Assembly (NCBI GenBank): GCA_002269645.1
Contig: NIVC01001579.1
Span: forward strand, 58,318-122,317
From: Macrostomum lignano
Taxonomy: Eukaryota
Length of the DNA stretch: 64,000 nt
Direction of reading: 5' to 3'
How positions within the stretch are numbered: position 1 is the first letter of the stretch; each line of letters starts with the position of its first letter. The position numbers and the translations under genes were made by a program. The notes under the pieces were generated by a model. That model saw nothing but the letters and a program-made list of their open reading frames with translations. It was not told the DNA's origin and searched no databases. Below are positions 36,975 to 49,806 of the stretch, piece by piece.

Positions 36975-37525
36975 CTGTTTTATTTTTTCTTACAGTACCT
37001 TGAAATGCGTCAAATTCTGTCTATTCTGTATCTTAAAGCTCTCTGAGCTGTTTTATTTTTTCTTACAGTACCTTGAAATGCGTCAAATTCTGTCTATTCT
37101 GTATCTTAAAGCTCTCTGAGCTGTTTTATTTTTCTTACAGTACCTTGAAATGCGTCAAATTCTGTCTATTCTGTATTTTAAAGCTCTCTGAGCTGTTTTA
37201 TTTTTTCTTACAGTACCTTGAAATGCGTCAAATTCTGTCTATTCTGTATTTTAAAGCTCTCTGAGCTGTTTTATTTTTTCTTACAGTACCTTGAAATGCG
37301 TCAAATTCTGTCTATTCTGTATTTTAAAGCTCTCTGAGCTGTTTTATTTTTTCTTACAGTACCTTGAAATGCGTCAAATTCTGTCTATTCTGTATTTTAA
37401 AGCTCTCTGAGCTGTCTTATTTTTTCTTACAGTACCTTGAAATGCGTCAAATTCTGTCCATTCTGTATTTTAAAGCTCTCTGAGACTGAGCTGTCTTATT
37501 TTTTCTTACAGTACTTTGAAATGAA
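36975..37525. repeat. 73-bp tandem array, about 7 copies, in the 3' part of the EnSpm element
   Basis: TACAGTACC recurs at 36991, 37064 and onward. Confidence 0.92.
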
Positions 37526-38596
37526 TTATGCCTAATTATCATTAATAATATAAGTCTCGAAATGGTCATCATACGAGTTTTCAATTACTTCTACATTTAA
37601 TTGCATAAGTATTTGTTCTGATACTTTTTTGTTTTGAAAGTGATTTATAAGGGAATGGAAACATATTTCTCAGCAGCACTAAAGATGCTGCCGAATTTGT
37701 TTAGAAAATTTCAGCTTTAAAATGAACCTACGCAAACATTGCGTTCTACTAACAGTAGTGTAGTAAGGAAAATTATATTTAAAATCATACATCAATGTAC
37801 ATGGATGGAAAGTAACCATGGATGAAGTTTACGTGGAACCATGTATGATCAGGTATGGCTCCATACATGTTCAGGTATGATCCATACATGGCATCATGGA
37901 TGCTTCATCCATGATTTATCCATGCAAGGAGAGTAGGGTAAGGGTGTTGTTGTTATCTGTTTACCTTTAAATATATGCTTACACTACAGTCAGCAGCCGC
38001 TCTCGCCCTTCCCCCTTGCTTCGCTTCTCGACCTAGGCTCGCTAACCCTTAGCTGTGACGCTATCTGGTCTCCTTACACCAACTCTTCCGCCGTCTACCT
38101 TGGCCCACCAATTAATTAGTTAATTAACTGATCCAGCAATTTTAAGTAGCGATAGTAAAAGTCTAAGGGTGGAAGCGGCTTGCCGATCTGCTAACTAATC
38201 GTGAACTATCTAAATTAACCGCTACACAAAACCGTCTTATTCGCCTTATTCGTCACACTTAACCTTACGAATTATAGAAAATATGCCGTTTGCTGACGGT
38301 TTTTAAAAGTCTGCTGGCTAAAACAAAGTAATATTTATTATCACTTTAAAACAGAATTCATAAAATATAAAAGCTAATTTTCGACAAAAAATTTTAAAAA
38401 TCATTTTTAGTATTAGAGACTTTATCACACAGCGCGTTTTATTTAGAGCACCAAGAGAACCTCTTGCTTGCATCGAAAAATTCAATTGTGATTCAATCCT
38501 GGGTTCTGATATTGCAATTGTAAGGCTCCTACGTCTTACCAACAGTTAAAATACATAAAATTTCCCAAATTTTACTGATTAGATTTATTTTTAGTC

Positions 38597-40608
38597 ATGG
38601 CTTCTAACGTAGAGCTTAAACGCACCAAAAATCTGGAATACAGCTGCGATGAGTCTACTGATCCTTATACTGGTCTGCCAAAAACGCCAAATGTCCCATA
38701 CTCCAACATGACAAGTGAGCAGGAAAAGTCTATCAAAAAGGTGAGCGAAAAAGATATTTTGGATCAAATAACTTTTAAAGTTGAAACTGTTTTTTTAAAT
38801 ATCAAATGAAATACAACATTCACTAAATTTCACAAAATACAATAAAAGATTAGGATTTTAATTTTTTTAAAAACTCCTCATGGACTTATGCTGAACTGAA
38901 ATTATTAAACGAATTAAGTGAATTAACAACGAATTGAAATTATTTCATTGCTGTTTTTTTACTGTTAATAAGGTTTTTTGCTCGAAAATCAAAAACATTG
39001 CGCAACTTATAAAAAATCCAAAGTACAAAGATACAATAATTTAAATAGATAGATAGATATTTAAAAAAATTTAATTGCCTTTTAAGAGATCACACTTTCA
39101 CAAAAAAGTTTGAAATTGAATCCTAAAAAATGATATTTTAAAAAACCTGTGAACTCAATGCAAAATTGTTCTGGAAAATTCCAAAGAAATTAAATGAACC
39201 AATTAAAGAAAAACAAAATGACATCTGTTTCCTTTTTGGATTCACTTAAATCCCCTCCAATCATTCTTTTCCCAGAATCCGCACGCATTTTTTCACGAGT
39301 CCAAGGAGGAGCCGCGAGAGCCCGGCTGCATCCCGGATCCCCGGGAGGGCGGCCGGTACTACATAGACAGGTACGCCGATTCGATGTCGCAGCACCTGTT
39401 CAGAGACCAGCCGACGCCATCGAATCCGCACTGCTACATCGGCGATCGGCTGGACCGGGAGCTGCCGCCGGATCACAGCGCCTCGAGGCCGGGAGCATAT
39501 TTCTCCTGGGGACCGAATCGCGCCGGTAATTATATAGCAGTGATCGTCAATCCGGAATTATTACTTTATAATTTGTTAATCTAAACTCAACTTATTTATC
39601 GCACCAAAACCGAGAGCATTGGCTAGAAATCGGCTAGTTGCAAATAAGTAACATTGTAAATCTCATAAGTAAAATTGAATTTAAGTAAATTGTTTTAATT
39701 ATCAGACGGAAATAAGTTTTTCTTAGAAATGCATTATAATTTTTAGATAGAGAAAACTTGACCTAGGCCACATTGAGTTTTAACCAGAACATTGCTGAAG
39801 ATGCACTCATTAATAAACATATTTAATTGTCAGTAAAGTTTTGTCTTTTCATGGGGCAAATTTAAATTGGATTTCGGCCGCTTTTTCACATACAATAATG
39901 TTTTTTTACTTTTGATTCTGTAGAATTAAATAAAAATGAATCTGTTGATTTTAGGCGAGAAGACCCTCGGCCACTTTGACGGCGAATCTCCCGTGGCCTT
40001 CCTGCCGGTGGACACCTACCACCGGCCGCCGACCAACTTGCCAGGCGAGATCACCTTCAAGTATGGCCGGCCGGGCGATGGCTACTATGCTCAGAGGAAT
40101 CCACGTTAGTTGCTTGATTTGCTCTGGAGATATTAACTGTTCGAGTTGATAAAAGCACAAACTGGTAGAGTGGCACCCCAAAAGTACATTCTGGCAGACT
40201 GGCGCCTCTCCTGTTCGAGTGGAATCCCAAAATTAAATTCTGGTAGACTGGTACCCCCTCCTGTTTGAGTTGATAAAAGTACAGGCTAGTAGAGTAGCAT
40301 CCTGTCTGATGGTTAGATAAATGTATTCTTAGCCTAAGTGGCATAATGAAAGCCGAAACAGACTGGATAAACGCTTACTTGAACTCGCAGAGTCGAACAC
40401 CTGGTTCGCATCCAGCCACCGGCTCAATGAGCAGCGAATTCTGCAGAACATTCGGCCCAAAACCCTGGCCGAGTACGAGCAGATCTCCAGCGAGTCACGC
40501 AGTCTGGCTGCCACTCGGCGTGACGAGGAAAAGTACCCCGAGTACTCAGAATACACAGCCAAGTACACCGTGCAGGAGCGAACCCCGACCGCTTCTTCAG
40601 ACACCTAA
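38597..40608 (+). CDS. Uncharacterised Pro/Tyr-rich protein, about 253 aa. Exons 38597-38740, 39276-39525, 39955-40104, 40391-40608
   Basis: Four GC-rich blocks join through phase-compatible GT-AG introns (762 nt). No domain recognised; the last acceptor is less certain. Confidence 0.6.
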
Positions 40609-41616
40609 AAAACTGCTGGCGTCTGCTTATCTCTATACTTTTAGCAGACGGTGCCGAGAATGTTATAGAAAAAAGACGCTAAACTGATTGAAAAACTGCT
40701 TAACTTTGAAATACTAACTCTAGTTTTTGTTTATATAATATGAAGCCGTTCGAGTATGGGAAATTATTTGTTTTAAATAACTTGTTTCGTAAATAAAACA
40801 ACTGCGAAAATTAAAACTAACTTGAAGAGTGGAAAGGTAAAATTATTTTCTTCTTGTATGCTTGATATGGGTTCTGTCGAAATTCTGTAACAAGTAATTA
40901 ACAATCAAATGTTAAATTATAAATATACAACCTAACAAGCTTCTGCAAGGACAAATTATTTAAAAAATCTGTTTATCTTTACAGAGCCTCTTCACAATTT
41001 CACTCTGAAAAACTCGAACTAAAGACCTCAAGTATATATGACTGCTTCCTTTGGGAATTAAAATCAAGGCGGTAAACAAATAATTTAAACAAAATCCGAT
41101 AAAAATCGTCCGTTTAATATGAAAGTTTGGTTTAAAAACATTGCAGAATAACATAGTGACTAGCAGAAATCATTTTGTGTTCATTATTTGTGTTGAATAA
41201 ACATAAATAATTATGTTGTAAATAACTAAATAAATAAATAATTGATTTTGTTTTTAAAATTGTCGCAGAAAACTGATGAGCCGGGCTTATGCAGTGCTAA
41301 AACATTTAAGCGATAAAATTGAAAGCAATAAAAATCTTTGGGGTTTATATATTGTGTCAAGTCAAGTCAAGCTGTACTTTAATAAATTAATATCATTCTA
41401 ATGTAAATAAATAATATAAGTATTATTAATTCGAAATTAATGGTCCCATAGAATTCCATTGAAAATCTACAGTTCCGTGGCCAGAAAACTTGGTTTGAAA
41501 TTCTCTACTTGATTTTCTTCTTTACTTTAAGTGTCACCTGTTCGCACTACTCTACTGCTCTTTTTCTATCAGTAGTAGAATCAGCACACGAGTAGCTCAG
41601 ACGGAACACACAAAAT

Positions 41617-44600
41617 TCATTCGTCGGTGAAAACTCCGGCGCCTCGTTCGCGTCTGAGCGTCTCGCGTCGACGCTGTGGAGTCCGCAGCGCCACCGCCTG
41701 CACCAACTTGAAGGCGGAGGCGGCCGCGTCCTGAAGGTAACGGGGCCCGTCAGCGCCAGCCGCGGTGGCGCGCAGTTCGACGCCGTCATCCTCGTCGGCG
41801 GTGGCATTGGAGCGGCCGGCAGCTGCGGCAGGCCGGGCGGCCAGGCAGCGGAGCAGCCAGTCCAGCAGGATGCTCGGCACGTTGACCGGCGGCGGCAGCG
41901 TGTTGATGACCTCGAACTCCAGCAGCAGCTGGTAGCGATAGCGCCTCCAGGTCACAAAGCCATTGGCGTCCTTGACTGACACGGTGAGACTGAACTTGGC
42001 GATGAGTAGGTTGATGAGCAGCAGGTTCACCACGATCAGGTAGACGTGCATGAGACCGCCGGTGTACGCCCGGAGGCCATTCGGGTGCGGGCAGCCCTGC
42101 GAGTTGTCCTCGCCGTCCAGACAGCCAGCCAGGCTGTCGTAGCGCAGCTCGCCGAAGGCCAAGAGCAGCGGGCGAAGATAAATGTCCCAGTAGAGCTGGG
42201 TCTGGTTGACCCGGAGCACGCTGCCGGAGGCGGTGTACAACTGGAAGGTCGGGGGAGGAGAATGTGAGCTACAGTCTATGGCAAAACCATACGAAAGGCA
42301 GAAAGGCAAAGCCACAGACTACCATAGACGAAACTATTGATTTAGTTGAGGGAGACCTTCCGTCAACAACGCATATTCCGTGATTGACTGAAGCCACTGG
42401 ACACGCATCCCAACGGGGTTTCACAAAATTTGTCAACCTACATGTATGTGAGAATTCAAGGGGCCCACCAATTGGGTAATTTCCGGACGAATTTGTCAAC
42501 CAAAGAAACTATAACCATTCGATTAACGTCCAGGCCATTTTTGCTGCCACAAACACCTTTCTTGACGTAAACTGTGCAGTGGACTGGGTCCGTTCATGAC
42601 TCGAGGATTTTCTGCAACAGTGATCTCTACGGCTCTCTTCATGGTGCGGCTTATCATCTTGGAGTTTCTATCTGATTATCTTTCTCCTCTTCAAGAAATG
42701 TATCAGTTTGGGCCATAGACAACGTTGAGTCTCTCAAAAATGGCGCCTTAAGTTGGGCGCTCAGGAAGCGACACTCAAAAAGAATTCTCATTGATTTTTA
42801 GACCAAACTTGCAGCTCGTACGCACGACGCCCTAAATGCCCTAAATTTGTACAAATTTAGTCTAAAAAATCGATGGATTAATTTCGATAGTCTCGACCAC
42901 AGATACTATAACCACTGTAAACACTGTAAACAATATAAACCCTACTGTCTGTAGTCAAACCCCACTGTCTGTAGTCAAACCCCACTGTCTGTAGTCAAAC
43001 CCCACTGTCTGTAGTCAAACCCTACTGTCTGTAGTCAAACTCCACTGTCTGTAGTCAAACTCCACTGTCTGTAGTCAAACCCTACTGTCTCTAGCAAAAA
43101 CCACACTATCTGCAGTAAAACCCCACTGTCTATGGCAAAACCACACAATCCACAGTAATACCTCCACTGTCTAGTAAAACCCCTACTGTCTGTAGTAAAA
43201 TCCCACTGTCTATGGTGGAAAACTCCGCTGTCTGCGGTAATACAACCCAAATTTCTGTAGTAGAGCATCGCACCACTGGTCAGAAAATGGCATCCCACCT
43301 GATTTCCCGGCGTCAGCAGAGCGTGAAAGAAGACCCCGCTGCAGACCACCAGAAAGAGAAACATGGCAACAAGGAAGGGCAGCAGATCCGCCCAGAACAG
43401 CGCCTTCATCATGTTGATGAACGGGCCGAATTTTTGATAGGCGCGCAGTTTCAGCACAAATTTCAGGCCGCAGAACATGAACGATACGCCTAGCAGGAGC
43501 CTGCAGACGTACAGCAGCTGGCCTGCATCGGCTGCCCCGGCTACCAAGGCGGTCTTGAAGGCCAGACCCAGCAGGTGGAACAGCAACTGCAGCTGGTCGA
43601 TGAGGTTCCAGATGTTGAAGTACTGTTTGCCAGTCCTGAGCAGCTCGTGCAGCTCCTGCAGGCTGTAGCTGATGAAGTAGACAACCATGAGGGAGTCGGT
43701 CCACCGCCATCGCGAGTCCAGCTGGATGATGTAGAAGGCGTGCAGAGCCATGAAGACCAGCAGGGCGGCGGCGTGCAGCAGGAACTTCTCCCTGGGCGAG
43801 GCCAGGTTCGAGCACCGGCGCCCCGGCGAGCTGGGGTAGGCGCCTCGGCGCCAGCGCCGGTCAACCAGCTCAACGAAGCAGCGCGTGGCAAAGAAGCTCT
43901 CCGGCGACTTCTTGGCGAGGCAGGCGCCGACTCCTGACGGTGGCGGCCGCAGCAGGTGGTGGTGGACGAGCGGCTGGCAGGACGGCGGGCAGGTGGCGTA
44001 GATCTGGTCCACGGCGTTCAGGCAGACCAGCTCGGCGAAGTCGCGCAGCTCACAGAGACTTTCGGGCGACATGGCGACAACTTGGCGATGCCTGCTGTCA
44101 TCCTGATGACGAGACTGCGACAGCAGCGGCGAGGCAGCTGGCGGGAGGCGCTTCAGCTGATTCTCACAGGCGGCCCGGAGGTCCAGGCAGCAGTGCAGAA
44201 GGTCTGGACGTGGCAGCAGCAGCATCTCGCCAGCCAGCTCCAGGTGGCCGAACGGCACCAGTTCGTCCGGCCGGTGCTCGACCAGGTGCTCCGGACGGAG
44301 CTGCCCGAAGCGCAGCAGGTGACGGACGAGTTCCGCGCTGCCCGAAGCCACGGCCGCTCTGGCCAGAGCCCGGCTGTCCGATTGCGTCGGCTCGACTCGG
44401 AGCAGCAGCGGCCGGAGTCGGGCTGGAAGCAACTCGGACGCGTCCGCCTCCAACGCCTGCCGTTCAGCGGCGGACAGCAGCGGCAGGTCGGCGTCGTCCG
44501 CCTCGATGGCTTCCGGCAGCAGCCGGCCGAGCAGCCGCGGGCACCGGCCGCCGGCGATGGCATCGAGCATCGTGGCCGGGTGGCGCTTGGCCAGACAGCC

Positions 44601-44966
44601 GGACAGCTGGCGCCACAGCGAGGCATCAGCCTGTTCGGGCAGCTCGGCGCTGAGCAGCTGCTCAAGAGCGTCCAGCCGGCCGGCCCTGGCCGCGGCCAGG
44701 AGAGCCCAGGTGGCCAGGCTGGGGCTCTGCACCGCCAGGGAGACCAGCGGCTCCGGCAACTGCTGGCACCGCTCGAGCTCGTCCTCCAGTAGGAGGCGAG
44801 CGGCACCGGCGGCCGAGGCTTCAACGGCTGCATTCAGAAGTTTGAGACGAGTCGAACCAGCATCAGCAACGTCCAGGAGCTCGGCCAATCTGTCCGGATT
44901 GTCCGAACGAACGGCTGCGAGAATTTCTTCGGGCTTAGCGGAGGTCGCAGCGGCTGAAGACGTCAT
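41617..44966 (-). CDS. TRPM-like transient receptor potential cation channel, about 763 aa. Exons 44966-43299 and 42240-41617; further 5' exons possible
   Basis: Pre-S1 FFA..CFVELVDRRW and SPREKF; six hydrophobic segments; S4-S5 KFGPFINMM; pore RPLLLAFGEL; S6 VVNLLLINLLIAKF; TRP-box-like W..YRYQLLLEF..LPPP. Confidence 0.82.
42340..42800 (+). pseudogene. Decayed PIF/Harbinger (DDE_Tnp_4, HARBI1-like) transposase fragment in the TRPM intron
   Basis: Across frames: VID*SH, NYNHSINVQAI....FLDV and WTGSVHDSRIFCNSDLY; contains stops and frameshifts. Confidence 0.75.
42935..43250. repeat. 20-bp minisatellite (CCCACTGTCTGTAGTCAAAC), decaying toward the donor, TRPM intron
   Basis: Directly visible. 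Confidence 0.9.
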
Positions 44967-46112
44967 GGCTTCCACTCACCTGGGTGATAAAATGCACTTC
45001 TATCCAATTTCAAGAATTTCTAAGAAATTGAATTCGACCAAAGTTCGTGGTGGAATATCTGGACAGTCCTATCTAGTTAATGTATTGTAGTTATAATTGG
45101 AATTCAGCCTACAAATGATTAAGTTATTCATAATTTTCGAAGTGTTAAAACTACTAAAAGTCACAAAAGGAGACAAACACTCACCTGTACAGTTAATAGC
45201 CAGATTAAAACAGGTCGCTAATGCTTGCAGTTCCCCCTCTATTTTATTGATTTTTTGGGGGGGGGGGACAACGCGGTATGGATTAAAATTGGGGACGCGG
45301 TGGGCGATAAGCGGAACCAAAATGAATAGCCGGGCAGGGGCAGCGCGGGAGGCACGCTTTGTGCCCCGGGGCCGTAGCTGCATGGAGAGTTTATGGATTC
45401 CACAAGCGTTTAACTGGGAGGCCTGGCACGCCCTTAATCTCCGTTCTTCCTCGCTGTTCCCTGTCTCTCCCTCTCCCTCTCTCTCTCTTCTAATCCTGTC
45501 CGCACTGCACGTTTAGCAACTGCATGTGTGGTTGGTTAGGGGAGAAGCACATTATCCCGCTTTCATCCCAAGCATGTACATAGTGGAGTACATCCAGCTA
45601 TGTCTGTTTTAAGTTTTCAGTGTGTGACAAAATATCGCTGCTCGATCCGAGAAAGCTAGACCCGTCAAAACAGTCTCGTTTTACAAAATTCATCAAATTT
45701 TCTTTCATAAATGAATGGACAGTTTCTAAAATAGTTTACGAACATAAATAGTTTGCAGCATTTTTACTGTTGAGTGACCAGGTGATAAAGTCAATATAGG
45801 TAGAATAAGCGCAATGTATATTTAGAGTTTCTGCACAAAGTTTCAGGAGGGTTGCGGTTTCTGATTTAGGGTTAGGATCGGCAGTGAAGTGTTTGTAGAC
45901 CTCAGATAGAGAAATGAAAGCTGGGAATGGGAAAATGTAAACAGAACCTGACCAAATACAAGCAAAATAATATTGATGATTATTGAAACGAAATAAATTA
46001 AAAGTATTGCTTTATAATTTGGCAGTATAGTTGTGAAAAATATTTTTGTGGATGTTTGTGAGTCGGTCGCCACAATTACACAGTCATGCAGACTGGGGAG
46101 ACTCCAAAACAG

Positions 46113-46700
46113 TCAATTTGAATTGACGGGCTGCTCAGCTCTGTTGTGCGGGCACTCGCTGCCGAAATGCTGCAACATGTGCAGATAGAAGTACAGCGGC
46201 CCCAGCACAGTCTTGCGCAGTCCCCGCTGCAGCAGCGACTCCAGCAGGCGGCCAGGTGCTGCGGAAATCTCGGTCCAGTAGTAGCACACCAGGCAGCACA
46301 CCACAAACAGGGCCAGGTGCAGCCCTGCCGACTGCAGGTAACTTTCCACTGTTGGGGATAAATATCCCATTACAAGTTTTCTATAATATTTGTTGGCAGA
46401 TTTAGGAGAAAAATTAATCTTTATTTCAGAATACTAAGATTTAAAAACAGTGTCTAAATACATGCAGCCATGCAGTCTCCTATAGGCGACATGCCGCCAG
46501 AGTTGCAATTCATTTTTACAGGCTGCCAACCTATAGGGTGCCAACCCCAGCTCCAGTACCGGAGAGCTGTACAGCTGACTGACCTCTCTGCCTCTGCGCC
46601 CAGTGCTGCTCAGAAGCTTGCGTACGCGAATGGGCAGAAACAGGGCATTTGGCCAGGCGCTTTTCTCTCCTGCAGGGAGAGAAGGTCGACTGCGCCCTTG
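46113..46700 (-). other. Possible coding exons of an unidentified gene, or upstream exons of the TRPM-like gene
   Basis: Open GC-rich blocks (GEKSAWPNALFLPIRVRKLL...ELQLWRHV and SAGLHLALFVVCCLV...LLQRGLRKTV) preceded by AG acceptors; not recognised and not joined to a model. Confidence 0.25.
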
Positions 46701-46879
46701 GGGGGGGGGCGTCTTTCCGATGTGACATTTCTACACTATTTGTTTGTGCCATGGATGCTTGAGGAGAGAGATGGAGCCAGAGAGAGAGAGAAAAGAGTAA
46801 AAAGGAAATGGGAGAAGGAGGTAAAAGATTGGGGATTGATATGGGGATAGACAAAGAAATGGATAGAGGGAGATAGAGA

Positions 46880-48298
46880 GGGGATGTGGAGAGGTGAAGA
46901 GAGGATAGAGGTAGAGAGAGTTGAAAGAGAGGGAGAGATGGAAAGAGAGAGAGAGGGGGAGAGAGAGAGGAGACAGAGATGGGGAGAGTTGAGAGATGGA
47001 GAGAGTACTGAGAGAGATGGAGAGAGTATTGAGAGAGATAGAGAGAGAGTACTGAGAGAGATGGAGAGGGAGTACCGAGAGAGATGGAGAGAGAGTACTG
47101 AGAGAGATGGAGAGAGAGTACTGAGAGAGATGGAGAGAGAGTATTGAGAGAGAAAGGGAGAGAGAGTACTGAGAGAGATGGAGAGAGTACTGAGAGAGAT
47201 GGAGAGGGAGTACCGAGAGAGATGGAGAGAGAGTACTGAGAGAGATGGAGAGAGAGTACTGAGAGAGATGGAGAGAGAGTACTGAGAGAGATGGAGAGAG
47301 AGTACTGAGAGAGATGGGGAGAGAGTACTGAGAGAGATGGAGAGAGAGTACTGAGAGAGATGGAGAGAGAGTACTGAAAGAGATGGGGAGAGAGAGAGTA
47401 CTGAGAGAGATGGAGAGAGAGTACTGAGAGAGATGGAGAGAGAGTACTGAGAGAGATGGAGAGAGAGAGTACTGAGAGAGATGGAGAGAGAGAGAGTACT
47501 GAGAGAGAGGGAGAGAGAGAGAGTACTGAGAGAGATGGAGAGAGTACTGAGAGAGATGGAGAGGGAGTACCGAGAGAGATGGAGAGAGAGTACTGAGAGA
47601 GATGGAGAGAGAGTACTGAGAGAGATGGGGAGAGAGTACTGAGAGAGATGGAGAGAGAGTACTGAGAGAGATGGAGAGAGAGTACTGAGAGAGATGGAGA
47701 GAGAGTACTGAGAGAGATGGAGAGAGAGTACTGAGAGAGATGGAGAGAGAGTACTGAGAGAGATGGAGAGAGAGTACTGAGAGAGATGGAGAGAGAGAGA
47801 GTACTGAGAGAGATGGAGAGAGTACTGAGAGAGATGGAGAGAGTACTGAGAGAGATGGAGAGAGAGTACCGAGAGAGATGGAGAGAGAGTACTGAGAGAG
47901 ATGGAGAGAGAGTACTGAGAGAGATGGGGAGAGAGTACTGAGAGAGATGGAGAGAGAGTACTGAGAGAGATGGAGAGAGAGTACTGAGAGAGATGGAGAG
48001 AGAGAGTACTGAGAGAGATGGAGAGAGTACTGAGAGAGATGGAGAGAGAGTACCGAGAGAGATGGAGAGAGAGTACTGAGAGAGATGGAGAGAGAGTACT
48101 GAGAGAGATGGGGAGAGAGTACTGAGAGAGATGGAGAGAGAGTACTGAGAGAGATGGAGAGAGAGTACTGAGAGAGATGGAGAGAGAGAGTACTGAGAGA
48201 GATGGAGAGAGAGTACTGAGAGAGATGGAGAGAGAGAGTATTGAGAGAGATGGAGAGAGAGTACTGAGAGAGATGGAGAGAGAGTACTGAGAGAGATA
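46880..48298. repeat. GA-rich compound repeat (GAGAGAGATGGAGAGAGAGTACT, about 22-26 bp unit)
   Basis: Directly visible; gives the spurious SLS-rich 566-aa ORF. Confidence 0.95.
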
Positions 48299-48892
48299 AA
48301 GGATCGAGTTCATCGATTCAACAACCATCAACATAATTTCTTGAAAAAATCCAAAACATGCTGCACACACTACTAAAATACTTACCAGTAGACGGTAACT
48401 TATTTGTCCAAAAAAGTATATGACATACATATGCATTTTACTATTAACCTGCTACATGTGCACCTATATGTACAGAAGTGGTTTATATACTGACGGCAAT
48501 AAAACCCAGCCTCATAAGTTGAGGTGGAAAGAAATTTGACATTACCATATCATAAAAATGAAACAGGTGCTTGCAGTTGGCTGAAGCCTGCGACTGCACC
48601 TCCCTACCGTTTGGGGCATTACCGAACTGAAGGCGGAGAGGTAGAGGATTTCCAAAACTGACGGGGAAACAGAGGATTATGCCTAAAAGCATCCCGGGAA
48701 AGGGGCAGGAAGCGGCTCCCCATTCCGGCCCAGCCACCCACGCAAATTCGAAATCGACCAGGGCAGGCAGGCAGCAGGCTTTTCTTCTACTAGGAGAGAG
48801 GAGGGACAGCCATAAGAAGCGCGCATCAGTGGCTTCATTCGTGGTAAAGGCAGAACTGTACGCTGCGGAGTTGCGAACGAAATTGCGGGATT

Positions 48893-49371
48893 GGATGCAC
48901 TGAAGGATCAGTGAGGGGTATGGGATGCACTCACTGAAGGATCAGTGGGGGGTATGGGATGCACTCACTGAAGGATCAGTGGGGGTATGGGATGCACTCA
49001 CTGAAGGATCAGTGGGGGTATGGGATGCACTCACTGAAGGATCAGTGGGGGTATGGGATGCACTCACTGAAGGATCAGTGGGGGGTATGGGATGCACTCA
49101 CTGAAGGATCAGTGGGGGTATTGGATGCACTGAAGGATCAGTGAGGGGTATTGGATGCAATCACTGAAGGATCAGTGGGGGTATGGGATGCTCTCACTGA
49201 AGGATCAGTGGGGTATGGGATGCTCTCACTGAAGGATCAGTGGGGGTATGGGATGCACTCACTGAAGGATCAGTGGGGGTATGGGATGCACTCACTGAAG
49301 GATCAGTGGGGGTATGGGATGCACTCACTGAAGGATCAGTGGGGGTATGGGATGCACTCACTGAAGGATCA
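48893..49371. repeat. 33-bp minisatellite (GCACTCACTGAAGGATCAGTGGGGGTATGGGAT), about 14 copies
   Basis: Directly visible. Confidence 0.93.
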
Positions 49372-49806
49372 TGAAACCCCAATTAAATAAACAAAGCTGA
49401 TGAAAAACTGCTCGTCACATTTGAAAATCAGCAATTCAAAACAAGAAGCAGGCTAACAAAAATAAGCCAGAAAAGGCGTAGAAAGTATTATTGATTTGCG
49501 TTCATAGCAAAGCATAGTAGAACGCCAGCGTATTCAAAGAATGCTCTAGAAGCAAGCACTGCGGTTGAGGCCAAAAATATATAAAAGCAGTTCTTTCTGG
49601 TGCGTTTCGGCTGACGTATCGATATAAAGACCAAACGGAAATGGACGAAGAAGCGAAGATCTGCAAGACAACTATTCATTTATTAATAAATAATATTGCA
49701 CTAATATTAATATTAAATGTGTTGCTGCTAAAACTAAGCAGGCAGAGGGTATTTTATCCATCCAGAGGACCTCAGGTTCAGCAGATGCCGCACAGTCTTG
49801 TTACTT

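Larger units (their letters stand above)
31209..37938 (+). mobile_element. Full-length EnSpm/CACTA (CMC) type DNA transposon, 6730 bp, CCC..GGG ends, TA TSD
   Basis: 28-bp TIRs with 3 mismatches (CCCTACTCTCTTATCATGGATAAATCAT vs reverse complement CCCTACTCTCCTTGCATGGATAAATCAT). TA on both flanks; subterminal ATCCATG/CATGGAT repeats; internal transposase ORF. Confidence 0.88.

Noticed and set aside
45228-45425. Possible hAT MITE ending in GGGAGGCCTG
   Set aside because: No matching opposite TIR or TSD found
46736-48436. 566-aa Ser/Leu ORF
   Set aside because: Translation of the GA-rich repeat
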